Below are positions 1 to 9,908 of a DNA stretch of 64,000 nucleotides, one piece after another. The DNA comes from Candidatus Sericytochromatia bacterium (GTDB lineage: Bacteria; Cyanobacteriota; Sericytochromatia; S15B-MN24; UBA4093). Under the pieces are notes generated by a model, which saw only the letters and a list, made by a program, of their open reading frames with translations, made no database searches and was not told the origin of the DNA. How positions within the stretch are numbered: the first letter of the stretch is position 1; each line of letters begins with the position of its first letter. The stretch is taken from positions 96,001-160,000 of the forward strand of contig JAKFBU010000023.1 of the NCBI GenBank assembly GCA_036676985.1. Direction: 5' to 3'. The position numbers and the translations under genes are program-made.

Positions 1-600
1 GAGGGGCACCTCCGCGAGGCGCTCCTCGCCGGGCACGCCGGCGGCGCGCACGACCTTGACCTTGAAGTCGTCCGGCCAGGCGCGCATGAGGTGGAGCTTC
101 ACGTCGTTGGCGATTTGCGGATTGTAGAGCTGGAGCACGATGGTGTGCCAGTCGGGCCGCAGATCGCGGCCCTCCAGGTCGAGCCCGTCCACCACCTGCA
201 TGCCGTCGTTGGGATCGATGGCCAGCCGGCCGTAGAGGGCGTCGAGGGCGCTGAGCCCTGCGACGACCTCGATCCGGACGGCTTCCTGCTTGAGCAGGTG
301 GCTGACGGTGTCCTCGGCCACCAGGGGGTGGCCCGGCACGGCGTAGACGATGTCCTGGGTCGCGGCCTCCGCCAGGAGGCGATCCGCGATCCGGCGGTAG
401 ACCTCGGCGAACGAGGCTCCCTGCTGGTAGAGGGGGTCGAAGGACTCCCAGCGCAGGCCCCACTTGCGCATGGCGGCGGTGGTGGGGTGGATCTCGGTGC
501 GCAGGAAGAGGCGTTTGGCACCCTCCAGGGTCTCGCGCGCCGCGAGGGTCATCTGGCCGGGATCGCCCGGCCCCAGGCCTACTACCGTGATGGTTCCCAT
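1..600 (-). CDS. mazG: YabN/MazG family protein, N-terminal tetrapyrrole-methylase-like domain (runs off the left edge)
   Basis: Not in the ORF track. Manual translation from ATG at 600 gives MGTITVVGLGPGDPGQMTLAARETL...LRTEIHP...IVYAVPGHPLVAEDTV, the typical YabN N-terminus. It lies downstream of mfd-prsA. The MazG domain itself is outside the window. Confidence 0.85.
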   Translation of the reverse strand, partial: MGTITVVGLGPGDPGQMTLAARETLEGAKRLFLRTEIHPTTAAMRKWGLRWESFDPLYQQGASFAEVYRRIADRLLAEAATQDIVYAVPGHPLVAEDTVSHLLKQEAVRIEVVAGLSALDALYGRLAIDPNDGMQVVDGLDLEGRDLRPDWHTIVLQLYNPQIANDVKLHLMRAWPDDFKVKVVRAAGVPGEERLAEVPL

Positions 601-619
601 GGTGTCGCTGTTCTCTTAC

Positions 620-1693
620 TTAGTGGTTCTCGTGACCGGGGTGCGGCGGGTGATCGTCGGCCGCGGCCGACCCCGTCGCCTCCTTGGGCTCGTACTCGGG
701 CTTGACGACGATCTTGGCGTCCTTCTTGAGGCCGTCCACGTACTTCTGGAAGGCGGTACCCCGCTCCTGACCCACGAGCTGCTCGCGGATCTGGGGCGTG
801 ACCTCGGCGAGCGTCTCGGTGCGGGCCGGGCGGCGCTCACCACGCTTGATGAGATGGTAGCCGAAGTTGGTCTTGATGGGCTCGGAGACCTGCCCCTCCT
901 TCATGCCGAAGGCGGCCTTCTCGAACTCGGGCACCATGCGGCCCTTGCCGAAGAAGCCCAGGCTGCCGCCCATCTCCTTGCTGCCGGGGTCCTCGGAGTT
1001 GGCCTTGGCGAGCTCCGCGAAGTCGGCGCCGCCCTTGAGCTTGGCCTGAAGCTCCTTGATCTTGGCGAGCGCGCGGGCCTCGTCTTTGGCCTTGTCCTTG
1101 GCGGCCTCGTCGAACTTGATGAGGATGTGGCTCGCGCTCACCTCTTCGGTATGGGTGAATTGGGCCTTGTTCTTGTTGTAGTACTCGGCCACCTGGGCGT
1201 CCGTGACCTGGAGGTCCTTGGTGGCTTCCTTCTGGAGCTTCTCGATGGCCACACCCTTGGTGACCTGGTCCTTGAGCTCCACCTCGGAGATGCCGAAGTC
1301 CTTGAGCGTCTTCTGGAAGGTGGCGTCGTCCGGGAACTGCTTCTTGATCTCGGCGAGCTTGGCGTCGATCTCGGGCTGCGTGGCCTTGAGGCCGCGCTTG
1401 TCCGCCTCCTGCAGGAGCAGCTCGCGCTCGGTCAGCTGCTGGATCACGCTCTTCTGGAGGCCGGCGAGCATCTGCTTGCCCTGGTCCGAGTTGAAGTCCA
1501 CGCCGAAGCGGCTCGAATATTGCTTCTTGGCTTGCTCGAGGGCCTTGTCGTATTCCTTGGTCGAGACCTTTTGGCCGTTGACCGTGGCGACGTAGGCGTC
1601 CTGGCCGAAGACCAGGTAGCTGCAGCCGGCGGATGCGGTGCCGATGACCAGCGCGGCCCCGAGCCCCACCCAGGCCTTCATGGAATTCTTCAA
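620..1693 (-). CDS. prsA: PrsA/SurA-like parvulin peptidyl-prolyl isomerase (exported foldase)
   Basis: Signal peptide with AGC; VATVNGQKV SurA-N region; parvulin motifs [45 protein letters not shown]. Confidence 0.9.
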   Translation of the reverse strand: MKNSMKAWVGLGAALVIGTASAGCSYLVFGQDAYVATVNGQKVSTKEYDKALEQAKKQYSSRFGVDFNSDQGKQMLAGLQKSVIQQLTERELLLQEADKRGLKATQPEIDAKLAEIKKQFPDDATFQKTLKDFGISEVELKDQVTKGVAIEKLQKEATKDLQVTDAQVAEYYNKNKAQFTHTEEVSASHILIKFDEAAKDKAKDEARALAKIKELQAKLKGGADFAELAKANSEDPGSKEMGGSLGFFGKGRMVPEFEKAAFGMKEGQVSEPIKTNFGYHLIKRGERRPARTETLAEVTPQIREQLVGQERGTAFQKYVDGLKKDAKIVVKPEYEPKEATGSAAADDHPPHPGHENH

Positions 1694-1741
1694 CGTGATC
1701 TCCTCTTCTGGGGCGCTGGGGCGCCCGCTGCCAATCCCGTC

Positions 1742-1770
1742 ATTGTACCGGATTCCCGGCCGCGGGACAA
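1742..1770 (-). promoter_or_regulatory. sigma70-type promoter for prsA
   Basis: Minus strand reads TTGTCC-17 nt-TACAAT, about 50 nt upstream of the prsA start. Confidence 0.6.
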
Positions 1771-1944
1771 AAACCCGCCGCCCGGAGTCCCCGGCCGACA
1801 GCGCCGACGGATCCTAAACCCACGAACGACCCTTACTGTAACGAGTCACGCCTCGCCCGGAACTAGGCAAGCATGCCCAAGCCTCTTAGTGCGTTCGGCC
1901 GATGCCGGATCCGCTCAGCGCGATCGCCTGGCCCCCATGGAAAT

Positions 1945-1969
1945 CGGGCCCGGGCGATGCCCGGGCCCG
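1945..1969. terminator. GC-rich hairpin after the mfd stop
   Basis: cgggcccgggc-gat-gcccgggcccg inverted repeat 10 nt downstream of mfd, followed on the minus strand by ATTT. Confidence 0.5.
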
Positions 1970-1978
1970 TCGGCGGTG

Positions 1979-4900
1979 CTACGCGGTGGCGAGGGCCCCG
2001 ACGGCGGCGTCGGCGAGCACGCCCAGGAGCTTTTCGACCAGGGAGAGCTGGTCCTCCGCGAGCATGCCCTCGCGGCTCGCCGAGAGCTCCGACTCCGTCC
2101 AGTGCCAGCGGGCCAAGGGCGCCTTGCCGAGGCTGAGGTCCGCCCAGCGCGAGCGCGGGATGGCGATCGCGACCCGCACCGACTTCGCATCCGAGCGCAC
2201 CGTCGGGATGCCGAGGTCCGTGGCCTTGAGGCGCAGCGCCACCACCCTCAGGAGGTTCTTGACGGGCTGGGGCGGAGGACCGAAGCGATCGCGCCACTCC
2301 TCGCCCAACAGCTCCAGCTCGCGCGCGGTCGAAACGCCCGCCAGGCGCTTGTACTGCTCCATCTTCAGGTGCGGGTCGGTCTCGAACCACTCGTCCGGCA
2401 GGTAGGCCGCGACGTTGAGGTCCACCACGGTGGGCTGGCGGTCGGTCTCGACCTCCTGACCCTGGAGCTCGGCGACGGCCTCCTCCAGGAGCTGCATGTA
2501 GAGGTCGTAGCCGACCGTGAGCATCTGGCCGTGCTGCTCGGCGCCGAGGATGTTGCCCACGCCCCGGATCTCCATGTCGCGCAGGGCGATCTGGTAGCCC
2601 GAGCCGAGGGCCGTGAACTGCTGCAAGGCTTCGAGGCGCTCGCGGCCCTCCTCAGTGAGCTGCTTGCCCGCCCGGTAGAAGCAGTAGCAGTAGGCCTTGG
2701 TGTCCGAACGGCCGACGCGCCCGCGGATCTGGTAGAGCTGCGCCAACCCCAGGCGCTCGGCGTCGTCGATGATCATGGTGTTGGCGTTGGGGATGTCGAG
2801 GCCCGACTCGATGATGGTCGTGGACACGAGTACGTCGTACTCGTGGTCCAGGAAGCTCAGCATGACGTCCTCGAGCTCGTGCTCGTTCATCTGGCCGTGG
2901 CCCACCACCACCCGCGCCTGCGGGACCAGCTCGGCGAGCTCCGCGGCGACCCGGTGGATCGAGTCGATGCGGTTGTGCAGGAAGAAGACCTGCCCGCCGC
3001 GCTCGAGCTCGTGCAGGATGGCCGTGCGGACGATCTCGGGGTCGTAGGGGCCGACCATGGTCTTGACCGGCTGCCGGTTCATGGGGGGCGTCGAGATGAG
3101 GCTCATGTCCCGGGCCCCCGACAGCGCCAGGTACAGGGTGCGGGGGATGGGCGTCGCGCTCATGGTGAGGACGTCGATGCTCGCCTTGAGGTGCTTGAGG
3201 CGCTCCTTGTGGGCCACGCCAAAGCGGTGCTCCTCGTCCACCACGAGCATGCCGAGATCCTTGAACTTCACGTCCTTGCTGAGCATGCGGTGGGTGCCGA
3301 TGACCAGGTCCACCCCGCCCGTCTCGAGCCCGCGCGTGATCTCCTTTTGCTCCTTCTGGGTCTTGAAGCGGCTCAGGAGGCCCATCTTGATGGGATAGGG
3401 CGCGAAGCGCTCGCGCAGGGTCTGGTAGTGCTGGTGCGCGAGCAGGGTGGTCGGTGCGAGCACCGCGACCTGCTTACCCGCCATGACGGCCTTGAAGACC
3501 GCGCGCAGCGCCACCTCGGTCTTGCCGAAGCCCACGTCCCCGCAGATGAGGCGGTCCATGGGGCGGCGCGACTCCATGTCGGCCTTGGTCTCGGCGATCG
3601 CCCGCAGCTGGTCGGGCGTCTCGGTGTACTGGAAGGCCTCCTCCATCTCGGACTGCCAGACGCTGTCCTCGGGATAGGCGTAGCCGGGCTGGGCCGCACG
3701 CTGGGCGTAGAGCTTGAGCAGATCCTCGGCGAGGTCCTGGACGCTCTTCTTGACGCGCTTCTTGACGTTCTCCCAGTCGGCGCCGCCCATCTTGTTGACG
3801 CGCGGCTTGGCCTCGTGGCTGCCGCGGTAGCGGTGCAGCAAGCCCAGCTGCTCGACGGGCACGTAGAGACGGTCCTCGCCCTGGTACTGGACGAGCAGGT
3901 ACTCGCGCTCCTGGTTGGAGATGCTCAGGCGCTTGAGGCCGAGGTATTGGCCGATGCCGTGCTTGGTGTGGACGACGAAGTCCCCGACCTTGAGCTCGGA
4001 CAGGTTCGCGATCTGGGGCCCGGCGTAAGGTTGGCGCTTGGGCGAGCGGGCGCCGGGGCGCTTTTGCCAGCCGAACAGCTCCGCGTCCGAGAGGACCTCG
4101 ATCCCGAGGCCGGGCCAGTTGAAGCCCGCGTTCAGGCTCTCGCGGACGATCCAGATGCCGCCCATGGGGAAGTTGGGGGTCGGCAGCCGTCCGCCGTAGC
4201 TCGCCGAGACCGAGCGCTCGTCCAGGATGGCCGCCACGCGCTGGGGCTGGGTGGAGGCGATGACGACCTTGCGGCCCTCGGCGACGGCCTCCTTGAGGGA
4301 GCTTGCGAGCTGGTCGAACTGGTTGCCGAAGCCGGGGGCCGCATGGGTCCCGAGGTCGGACTTGCCACGCTCGGAGCCGGGCGCCAGGTCGAGCTGGGCG
4401 TAGGGCTTGAGGGCGCCGGCGAGGTCGTCCCAGGAGATGTGCAGGGGGGCCGGCAGGGGCACGAGGTCGCCCGACTGGTAGCCCGCGTCGTAGCGCTGCT
4501 GGATCTCCGCGACCCAGCCCCGGTAGGCGGAGGCGATCGCCTTGTGATCCAGCCAGATCACGGGAGTCGCGCTCGGGATGTAGTCGAGGAAGGTGCCTAA
4601 TCCGCCGAAGAAGGGCGCGTAGTACTCGCAGCCCTCGAAGTACTGGAAGGTCCTGAGCTGCTCGAGGGCGGACTCGACCTTCTTCTGGAGCTTGGCGGCC
4701 TCGACGAGCTTCTTGCCGCCCATGAGCTGGTTGGCACGCTTCTGGGCGAAGCCGTACAGGCTCGCCTCGGCGTGCTGCCAGCCCTCGGTGGGCAGGATGA
4801 GCTCGCGGGTGGGCCACAGGCGCAGCACGTCCAGGTCCCCCACCGAGCGCTGGCTCGCCAGGTCGAACTCCTGAACGCGATCCACCTCGTCGCCGAACCA

Positions 4901-5476
4901 CTCGATGCGCACGGGCGTCGCGGCCTGCGGCGGGTAGACGTCGAGGATGCCGCCGCGCCGGGAGAACTCGCCCTTCTCGGTGACGCCCGGGCTCGGTCGG
5001 TAGCCGAGCTTCATGAGCTGGGCCGTGAGCTCCTGCGGGCTGATGGCGTCGCCCGCCTTGAGCGTCACGGTCGCGCTCTGCCAGCTCTCGGGCGAGGGCA
5101 GGCGCATGGCGAGCGCCCGCGGGGTGGTGATGACCCGGTGCGGCCCCGGCTCGGAGAGGGCCGCGAGCACGGCCTGACGCTCGTGCAGGAGCTCCTCTTC
5201 GGGCGAGACGCCCTCGTAGGGGGTGATCTCGACGGCCGGGAAGTAGTGGGCGTCGACGCCGTAGGCGGCGAGGTCCGCCTGGAAGCGCTTGGCGACGTCC
5301 GCGCTGGGGGCCACCACCAGGAAGCTCCGCTCTTCCAGGGACGCCGCCATGTAGGCGGCCACCGGCGTGGTCACGCCACCCGTCTGGGCGAGGCGGCCGG
5401 CCACCAGGTTCGCCTGGAGCTCGACGAAGATGGGATGCTCGGCGAGGAACGCCGTCAGATCAGCGAGATTGCTCAT
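1979..5476 (-). CDS. mfd: Transcription-repair coupling factor Mfd
   Basis: 1165 aa; UvrB-like RGGILDVYP; CarD/RID VVHTKHGIG; DRLICGDVGFGKTEVA; DEEHRFGV; SATPIPRTL; QIRGRVGRS; DMEIRGVGNILG. Confidence 0.98.
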   Translation of the reverse strand: MSNLADLTAFLAEHPIFVELQANLVAGRLAQTGGVTTPVAAYMAASLEERSFLVVAPSADVAKRFQADLAAYGVDAHYFPAVEITPYEGVSPEEELLHERQAVLAALSEPGPHRVITTPRALAMRLPSPESWQSATVTLKAGDAISPQELTAQLMKLGYRPSPGVTEKGEFSRRGGILDVYPPQAATPVRIEWFGDEVDRVQEFDLASQRSVGDLDVLRLWPTRELILPTEGWQHAEASLYGFAQKRANQLMGGKKLVEAAKLQKKVESALEQLRTFQYFEGCEYYAPFFGGLGTFLDYIPSATPVIWLDHKAIASAYRGWVAEIQQRYDAGYQSGDLVPLPAPLHISWDDLAGALKPYAQLDLAPGSERGKSDLGTHAAPGFGNQFDQLASSLKEAVAEGRKVVIASTQPQRVAAILDERSVSASYGGRLPTPNFPMGGIWIVRESLNAGFNWPGLGIEVLSDAELFGWQKRPGARSPKRQPYAGPQIANLSELKVGDFVVHTKHGIGQYLGLKRLSISNQEREYLLVQYQGEDRLYVPVEQLGLLHRYRGSHEAKPRVNKMGGADWENVKKRVKKSVQDLAEDLLKLYAQRAAQPGYAYPEDSVWQSEMEEAFQYTETPDQLRAIAETKADMESRRPMDRLICGDVGFGKTEVALRAVFKAVMAGKQVAVLAPTTLLAHQHYQTLRERFAPYPIKMGLLSRFKTQKEQKEITRGLETGGVDLVIGTHRMLSKDVKFKDLGMLVVDEEHRFGVAHKERLKHLKASIDVLTMSATPIPRTLYLALSGARDMSLISTPPMNRQPVKTMVGPYDPEIVRTAILHELERGGQVFFLHNRIDSIHRVAAELAELVPQARVVVGHGQMNEHELEDVMLSFLDHEYDVLVSTTIIESGLDIPNANTMIIDDAERLGLAQLYQIRGRVGRSDTKAYCYCFYRAGKQLTEEGRERLEALQQFTALGSGYQIALRDMEIRGVGNILGAEQHGQMLTVGYDLYMQLLEEAVAELQGQEVETDRQPTVVDLNVAAYLPDEWFETDPHLKMEQYKRLAGVSTARELELLGEEWRDRFGPPPQPVKNLLRVVALRLKATDLGIPTVRSDAKSVRVAIAIPRSRWADLSLGKAPLARWHWTESELSASREGMLAEDQLSLVEKLLGVLADAAVGALATA

Positions 5477-5582
5477 GAAGGTCCGTTGATAGCGGTTGGA
5501 GACTCAATCGTCCCAGTGTATCACGGCCTCACCCTCCGCCGCCCGCGCCATGGGACGCCGCTTGGCGGGGTCGGGGCGATCG

Positions 5583-6806
5583 CTAGGTGCCCCCCAGCGC
5601 CTGCAGGGCCCGTTGGGCCCGCTCCTGCAGGATCGGGTTGCTCTTGGATTGGCTCTGGACCTCCTGCAGCTCGCGGATGGCGCGCGTCGGATCGCCCGCC
5701 TGCCGGTAGAGGTCGGCCATGCGGAAGTGCAGGTCCGGGTCCTCGTACCGCAGGACCGCCGCCCGCTGGAACTGAGTCAGGGCGTCCTGGATGGCGCCCC
5801 GCTCCTGGTACAGCCTGCCCAGGTGCACCATGGCCTCGCGGTGGCGCGGCTCGATGCCGAGCGCCTGCTTGTAGGTCGAGATGGCCTGGCCCGGGTCGCC
5901 CTTGAGCTGGTAGACCGTGCCCAGGTTGAAGTAGAGGTCGCTGTTGCGGGCGTCCAGGGGGATGGCCTGCTTGTAGAGGGCGATCGCCTCGTCGAAGCGC
6001 TCGGTGCGCACCATGACGTTGCCGAGGGCCACGAGCGCCCCCACGTCCTGGGGATCGATCTCGAGCGACCGGCGCAGGGCGGCCTCCGCGTCCGCGGGAC
6101 GGCCCTGGCGCATGAGGACCTTGCCCAGCAGGTAGTGGGACTTGGGCGACTCAGGGGCGATCGCGATGGCGCGCTGGTACTCGGCCACCGCCAGGTCGAA
6201 CTTCTTCTGATCCTCGTAGACCCGGCCCAGGTGGTGGTGGGCCGTGAGGTTGCGGGGCTCCTGGGCGAGCACCGCCTGGAGCTTTTCGGCCGCCACCGAG
6301 AGTTGGCCGCGCTCCTCGAGCTCGATGGCCTCCTGCAGGGGGTCGCGGCTCTGGTTCCAGAACCAGTAGCCCGTCCCGGCCGCCAAGAGCAGGATGCCCA
6401 CCAGCCCACCGGTGAGCCACTGCCAGGGCCAGCGCTTGAGCTTGGGCAAGGGAGCCGTCGGGATCTTGGGCTTGCCGATGGTCTGGCCGCACTTGCCGCA
6501 GCGCGCGATGAGGAGCTTGGTCTCCGAGCGGACGCGGTTGAAGACGCCGCAGTGGGGACAGATGGAGATGAGGATGGTGGTCGGGGCGGCCCGGCCGATC
6601 ACCCGGCGCTGGTCGTAGGCGAGGCGCTTGTCCGGATCCGAGAGGACGTGGTAGGCCTCGGTCAAGAGCTGGGTGTCGAGCTTGTTTCCCCCCAAATCCG
6701 GATGCGCCCCAGCCATGAGCAGGGTCCGGTAGGCCTTTTTGACCATCAAGGGGCTCGCCTTGGGATGGACCTGAAGCACTTCGTAGTAGTCGGGGGTGTC
6801 CGCCAT
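5583..6806 (-). CDS. J-domain + Cys4 zinc finger + transmembrane helix + TPR repeat protein
   Basis: Start moved to MADTPDYYEVLQV (ATG at 6806). HPD motif; CPHC...CGKC; hydrophobic WLTGGLVGILLLAAGTGYWFW; several TPR units (e.g. HHHLGRVYEDQKKFDLAVAEYQRAIAIAP). Confidence 0.85.
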   Translation of the reverse strand: MADTPDYYEVLQVHPKASPLMVKKAYRTLLMAGAHPDLGGNKLDTQLLTEAYHVLSDPDKRLAYDQRRVIGRAAPTTILISICPHCGVFNRVRSETKLLIARCGKCGQTIGKPKIPTAPLPKLKRWPWQWLTGGLVGILLLAAGTGYWFWNQSRDPLQEAIELEERGQLSVAAEKLQAVLAQEPRNLTAHHHLGRVYEDQKKFDLAVAEYQRAIAIAPESPKSHYLLGKVLMRQGRPADAEAALRRSLEIDPQDVGALVALGNVMVRTERFDEAIALYKQAIPLDARNSDLYFNLGTVYQLKGDPGQAISTYKQALGIEPRHREAMVHLGRLYQERGAIQDALTQFQRAAVLRYEDPDLHFRMADLYRQAGDPTRAIRELQEVQSQSKSNPILQERAQRALQALGGT

Positions 6807-7127
6807 CGGAACCTCGTAAGAGCGTCGGCCGAACCGAACGCCGCAAAGGGGCGGGCTCAGCGGGCGCTCGGGCACTCCAACCCTTTACTTCCCTGACAGA
6901 CGGGCACTCAAACGCCGTATGCCAGGGAATCCCATTCTACCGCGCGCTCGACCTGGCCGCTTGACCGGAATGACGAAACCTCTAGCTCATTTCGTCGGAT
7001 TGACCATCCCCTGCTCACTACCCGGCTCGGTATCGTAGGGCTGGAGAATCCACCCTGTTTCGCGCCACATTCTCGCCTTGCAACGCCGCACCATCGTCGA
7101 ACTCCCGACTATCCAGGAGGTTGATCG

Positions 7128-7541
7128 ATGGAGAGCACGCCTAGCCCCCTCGCCAAGCCCGGACTCATGCGCCCCCTCCGGAGCCCGCGGGCCGACCTCG
7201 GCCTGTGGCGGCGCCCCCGCCCCAACGCGACGCATGACCTCGGCATCGACGCGCTCGACGAAGGCGGGCGCACCCGGATGCGACTCAAAGGCTCGCTCAC
7301 CGCCCGCACGGCGGTGCCCTTCAAGCATGCGGTCGCGCGTCTCGCTGGTCAGTCGAGCGTGCTCGCCATCGACCTCACGGAGGTCCCCAAGCTGGACCCC
7401 ACGGGCCTTGCGGCCCTCGCCGAAGCCACGGAGATCGGCCTCAAGCTGGGCTGTCGCGTGGTCATCACCCACGTGCCCGAAGGAGCCCGGCGTTGGATCG
7501 CGCAGGCTTCCCTGCACAAGGTCATCGAGCTCGGCGAGTAA
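7128..7541 (+). CDS. STAS / anti-sigma-factor-antagonist-like protein
   Basis: RBS AGGAGG; STAS pattern MRLKGSL...VLAIDLTEVPKLDPTGLAAL...LHKVI. High-GC3 frame. Confidence 0.75.
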   Translation: MESTPSPLAKPGLMRPLRSPRADLGLWRRPRPNATHDLGIDALDEGGRTRMRLKGSLTARTAVPFKHAVARLAGQSSVLAIDLTEVPKLDPTGLAALAEATEIGLKLGCRVVITHVPEGARRWIAQASLHKVIELGE

Positions 7542-7551
7542 GGAGGCAAGG

Positions 7552-9198
7552 TTGAAAGGGCTCATCCTCTCGGCGGGCTCGCACCCCGAGCTCGCCCCGA
7601 TCACCGCGACGACGCCGGTCGGCTCCTTGCCGCTCGCCGGCCGCCCCTTGCTGGCGTACCAGCTCGAGCGCATGCGCGAGGTCGGCATCCAGGAGGTGCT
7701 GGTGGTCCTGCACCACCTGCCCTTCCCCATCGAGCGCACGATCCAGGCCTACGCCCCGGAGGGCATGCACGTCCACGTGGTCCTGGATCGGGAGCTTGCG
7801 GGGACAGCAAGCGCCCTACGCCAGCACGGGGACTTCGTCACGGAGACCACGCTCGTGGTCTTGGGGGACATCGTCGAGCGCCTGGAGCTTTCGGGCGCCA
7901 TCCAGCGGCATGCCGAGACCGGATCCCTCCTGACGGCCCTGCTCACCGCCCCCAATGCCGACCGCCGCGGGGGCATCGGCACGCTCGATTCGGACGGCCG
8001 CCTCGTGAGCTTCGTCGAGGAAGCCGTGCCCTTTCCGGACGGCGCGAACGTGCTGGTGAGCCCCGGCCTCTACCTGGTGGAGCCGGCGCTGGTCACCGAC
8101 CATGCCCTCACCGGCGAGATCGGGCGCGACCTGCTTCCATGGCTTGCCGCCGAGGGGCTGGCGTTCGGCCATGTGGTCGGGGGCACCTGGCAGGATGCCG
8201 GCACGCCCCGGGGCTACGTGGCCGCGCAGTTCGAGCGGCTCGGCGAGGTCGGCTACGTGGACCCCCTCGCCCGCATCCATCCCGGCGCGAAGCTCGTTGC
8301 GCCCTACTGGATCGGCCCCGGCTGCCGCATCGAGCGCGAGACCCAGGTGGGGCCGGGGGCGGTGCTCGCCCACGACGTCCACCTGGATCGCGGGGCCAAG
8401 GTCGAACGGACCGTGGTGCTCGAAGGCACCCGGCTAGGCAAGGCGACGCGCTGGCAGGACCGGCTCATCTGGCGCCACGGCAGCTTCTGCTTGCAGGCCA
8501 AAGAGCCCTACTTCGAGCTCGCGCAGGACACCGACGAGCTCGCGCCCACCTTGCGCGAGCCCTGGAGCGATCGCCTCGCCCAGGTGCTCGACTCGCTGCT
8601 CGCGGCCGTGGGGCTGGTCCTCCTGTCGCCGCTCTTGCTCACCATCTGCCTGCTCATCTACCTGGACGATCCAGGACCGGTCATCTACACCCAGCTGCGC
8701 GTCGGCCAGGACCGGCGGGCCTTTAGGCTCGGGCGGCTGCGCGGACGGGTCTTCGAGCTCTTCAAGTTCCGGACCATGTGCGTGGACGCCGATCGCAAGC
8801 TCGAGGCGCTCAAGGCGCAGAACCAGTACGGCCAGGGGGCCTTCTTCAAGCTGGAGCAAGACCCGCGCATCACGCGCATCGGGCACTTCCTGCGCAAGAC
8901 GAGCCTCGACGAGCTGCCGCAGCTGCTCAACGTGGTGGTGGGCGATATGCGCCTGGTCGGCAACCGGCCCCTGCCCGTCTACGAGGCGGAGGCCCTGCAC
9001 GAGGACTGGCAGCGGATCCGCTTCGCATGCCCCGCCGGCATCACGGGGCTCTGGCAGATCAGCGGCCGCTCGGACCTCAGCGAGAAAGAGCGCATGGTGC
9101 TCGATTCGTACTACTCCGTCACCCGCAGCTACTGGAACGACTGGGTGATCCTGGCCAAGACCATCCCTGCTCTCTTGCTTCGCCGCGGAGCTAGATAA
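7552..9198 (+). CDS. Fusion: degenerate sugar-phosphate nucleotidyltransferase + hexapeptide beta-helix + priming phosphoglycosyltransferase (Bac_transf)
   Basis: RBS AAGGAGG then TTG at 7552 (MKGLILSAG). NTP-transferase-like [24 protein letters not shown]. Beta-helix [20 protein letters not shown]-terminal [43 protein letters not shown]. Confidence 0.88.
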   Translation: MKGLILSAGSHPELAPITATTPVGSLPLAGRPLLAYQLERMREVGIQEVLVVLHHLPFPIERTIQAYAPEGMHVHVVLDRELAGTASALRQHGDFVTETTLVVLGDIVERLELSGAIQRHAETGSLLTALLTAPNADRRGGIGTLDSDGRLVSFVEEAVPFPDGANVLVSPGLYLVEPALVTDHALTGEIGRDLLPWLAAEGLAFGHVVGGTWQDAGTPRGYVAAQFERLGEVGYVDPLARIHPGAKLVAPYWIGPGCRIERETQVGPGAVLAHDVHLDRGAKVERTVVLEGTRLGKATRWQDRLIWRHGSFCLQAKEPYFELAQDTDELAPTLREPWSDRLAQVLDSLLAAVGLVLLSPLLLTICLLIYLDDPGPVIYTQLRVGQDRRAFRLGRLRGRVFELFKFRTMCVDADRKLEALKAQNQYGQGAFFKLEQDPRITRIGHFLRKTSLDELPQLLNVVVGDMRLVGNRPLPVYEAEALHEDWQRIRFACPAGITGLWQISGRSDLSEKERMVLDSYYSVTRSYWNDWVILAKTIPALLLRRGAR

Positions 9199-9212
9199 TC
9201 ACGGAGGTACCC

Positions 9213-9899
9213 ATGACCCGCCTTTCCATCGCCCTCGCGTTGACCGCGAGCCTCATGCTCCTGGCAGGCCCGGCCGTGGCACAGGGGCTCCCCGAGCCCC
9301 CGGCGGGCCTGACGCTCGATCAAGCCATCGCCAAGGCCCTCGCCAACAACCCGACGATCAAGGCCGCCAAGGCCGAGGTCGATCGCGCCGAGGGCGAGTC
9401 CGCCACCACCAAGCTCTATCCGCTGCGCGGCGTGGCGGCGAACATCGGCATGAACACGACGGTGCCGCCCGCGGGTGCCATCCCGGCTCCGGCCGCCGGG
9501 GCCTGGGTCACGCTCAACCTGGGCGACCTCTTGAGCACCCCTGCCCAGGTGCAGGCCGCCAACGCCCGGCTCGAAGCCGCCCGCCAGAACCTCAGGGCGA
9601 CCCAGCTCGCGGTGGTGGCGGCCACCACCGAGGCCTACGCCGCCTGGATCACCCAGCAGAAGCTCCTCGCCCTGCGGAGCGACGCCATCAAGTCGAGCCA
9701 GTCGGACGTGCTCGTGGTCCAGCGCCTCTTCGGGCGCGGCACGGCGACCATCAGCGACGTCATGAAGGCCCGGCTCGCCGTCAGCCAATCCCAGGCGGAC
9801 CTGGTGCAGGCGGAGGGTGAGTACAACCGCTCGTGGGCGACTTTGGTCCAGCAGATGGGCGACACGGCTTGGCTGGCCAACTCGAAGGCCAAGCGCTAG
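9213..9899 (+). CDS. Half-length TolC/outer-membrane efflux family protein
   Basis: Signal peptide; LTLDQAIAKALANNPTIKAAKAEV; RLFGRGTATISDVMKARL. Only one OEP repeat (228 aa). Confidence 0.75.
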   Translation: MTRLSIALALTASLMLLAGPAVAQGLPEPPAGLTLDQAIAKALANNPTIKAAKAEVDRAEGESATTKLYPLRGVAANIGMNTTVPPAGAIPAPAAGAWVTLNLGDLLSTPAQVQAANARLEAARQNLRATQLAVVAATTEAYAAWITQQKLLALRSDAIKSSQSDVLVVQRLFGRGTATISDVMKARLAVSQSQADLVQAEGEYNRSWATLVQQMGDTAWLANSKAKR

Positions 9900-9908
9900 G
9901 GGGAAGGA

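Noticed and set aside
464-4600. 1378-aa plus-strand ORF, and similar long antisense ORFs (18028-19971, 22553-25066, 26843-28321, 41224-43077, 53631-55202)
   Set aside because: Shadow frames of well-supported genes in high-GC DNA; no motifs and no RBS.
7078-7551. N-terminal extension of the 706-aa ORF, suggesting a STAS-transferase frameshift fusion
   Set aside because: The STAS gene is in another frame with its own stop, and a strong RBS plus TTG at 7552 explains the downstream gene. I saw no slippery site.
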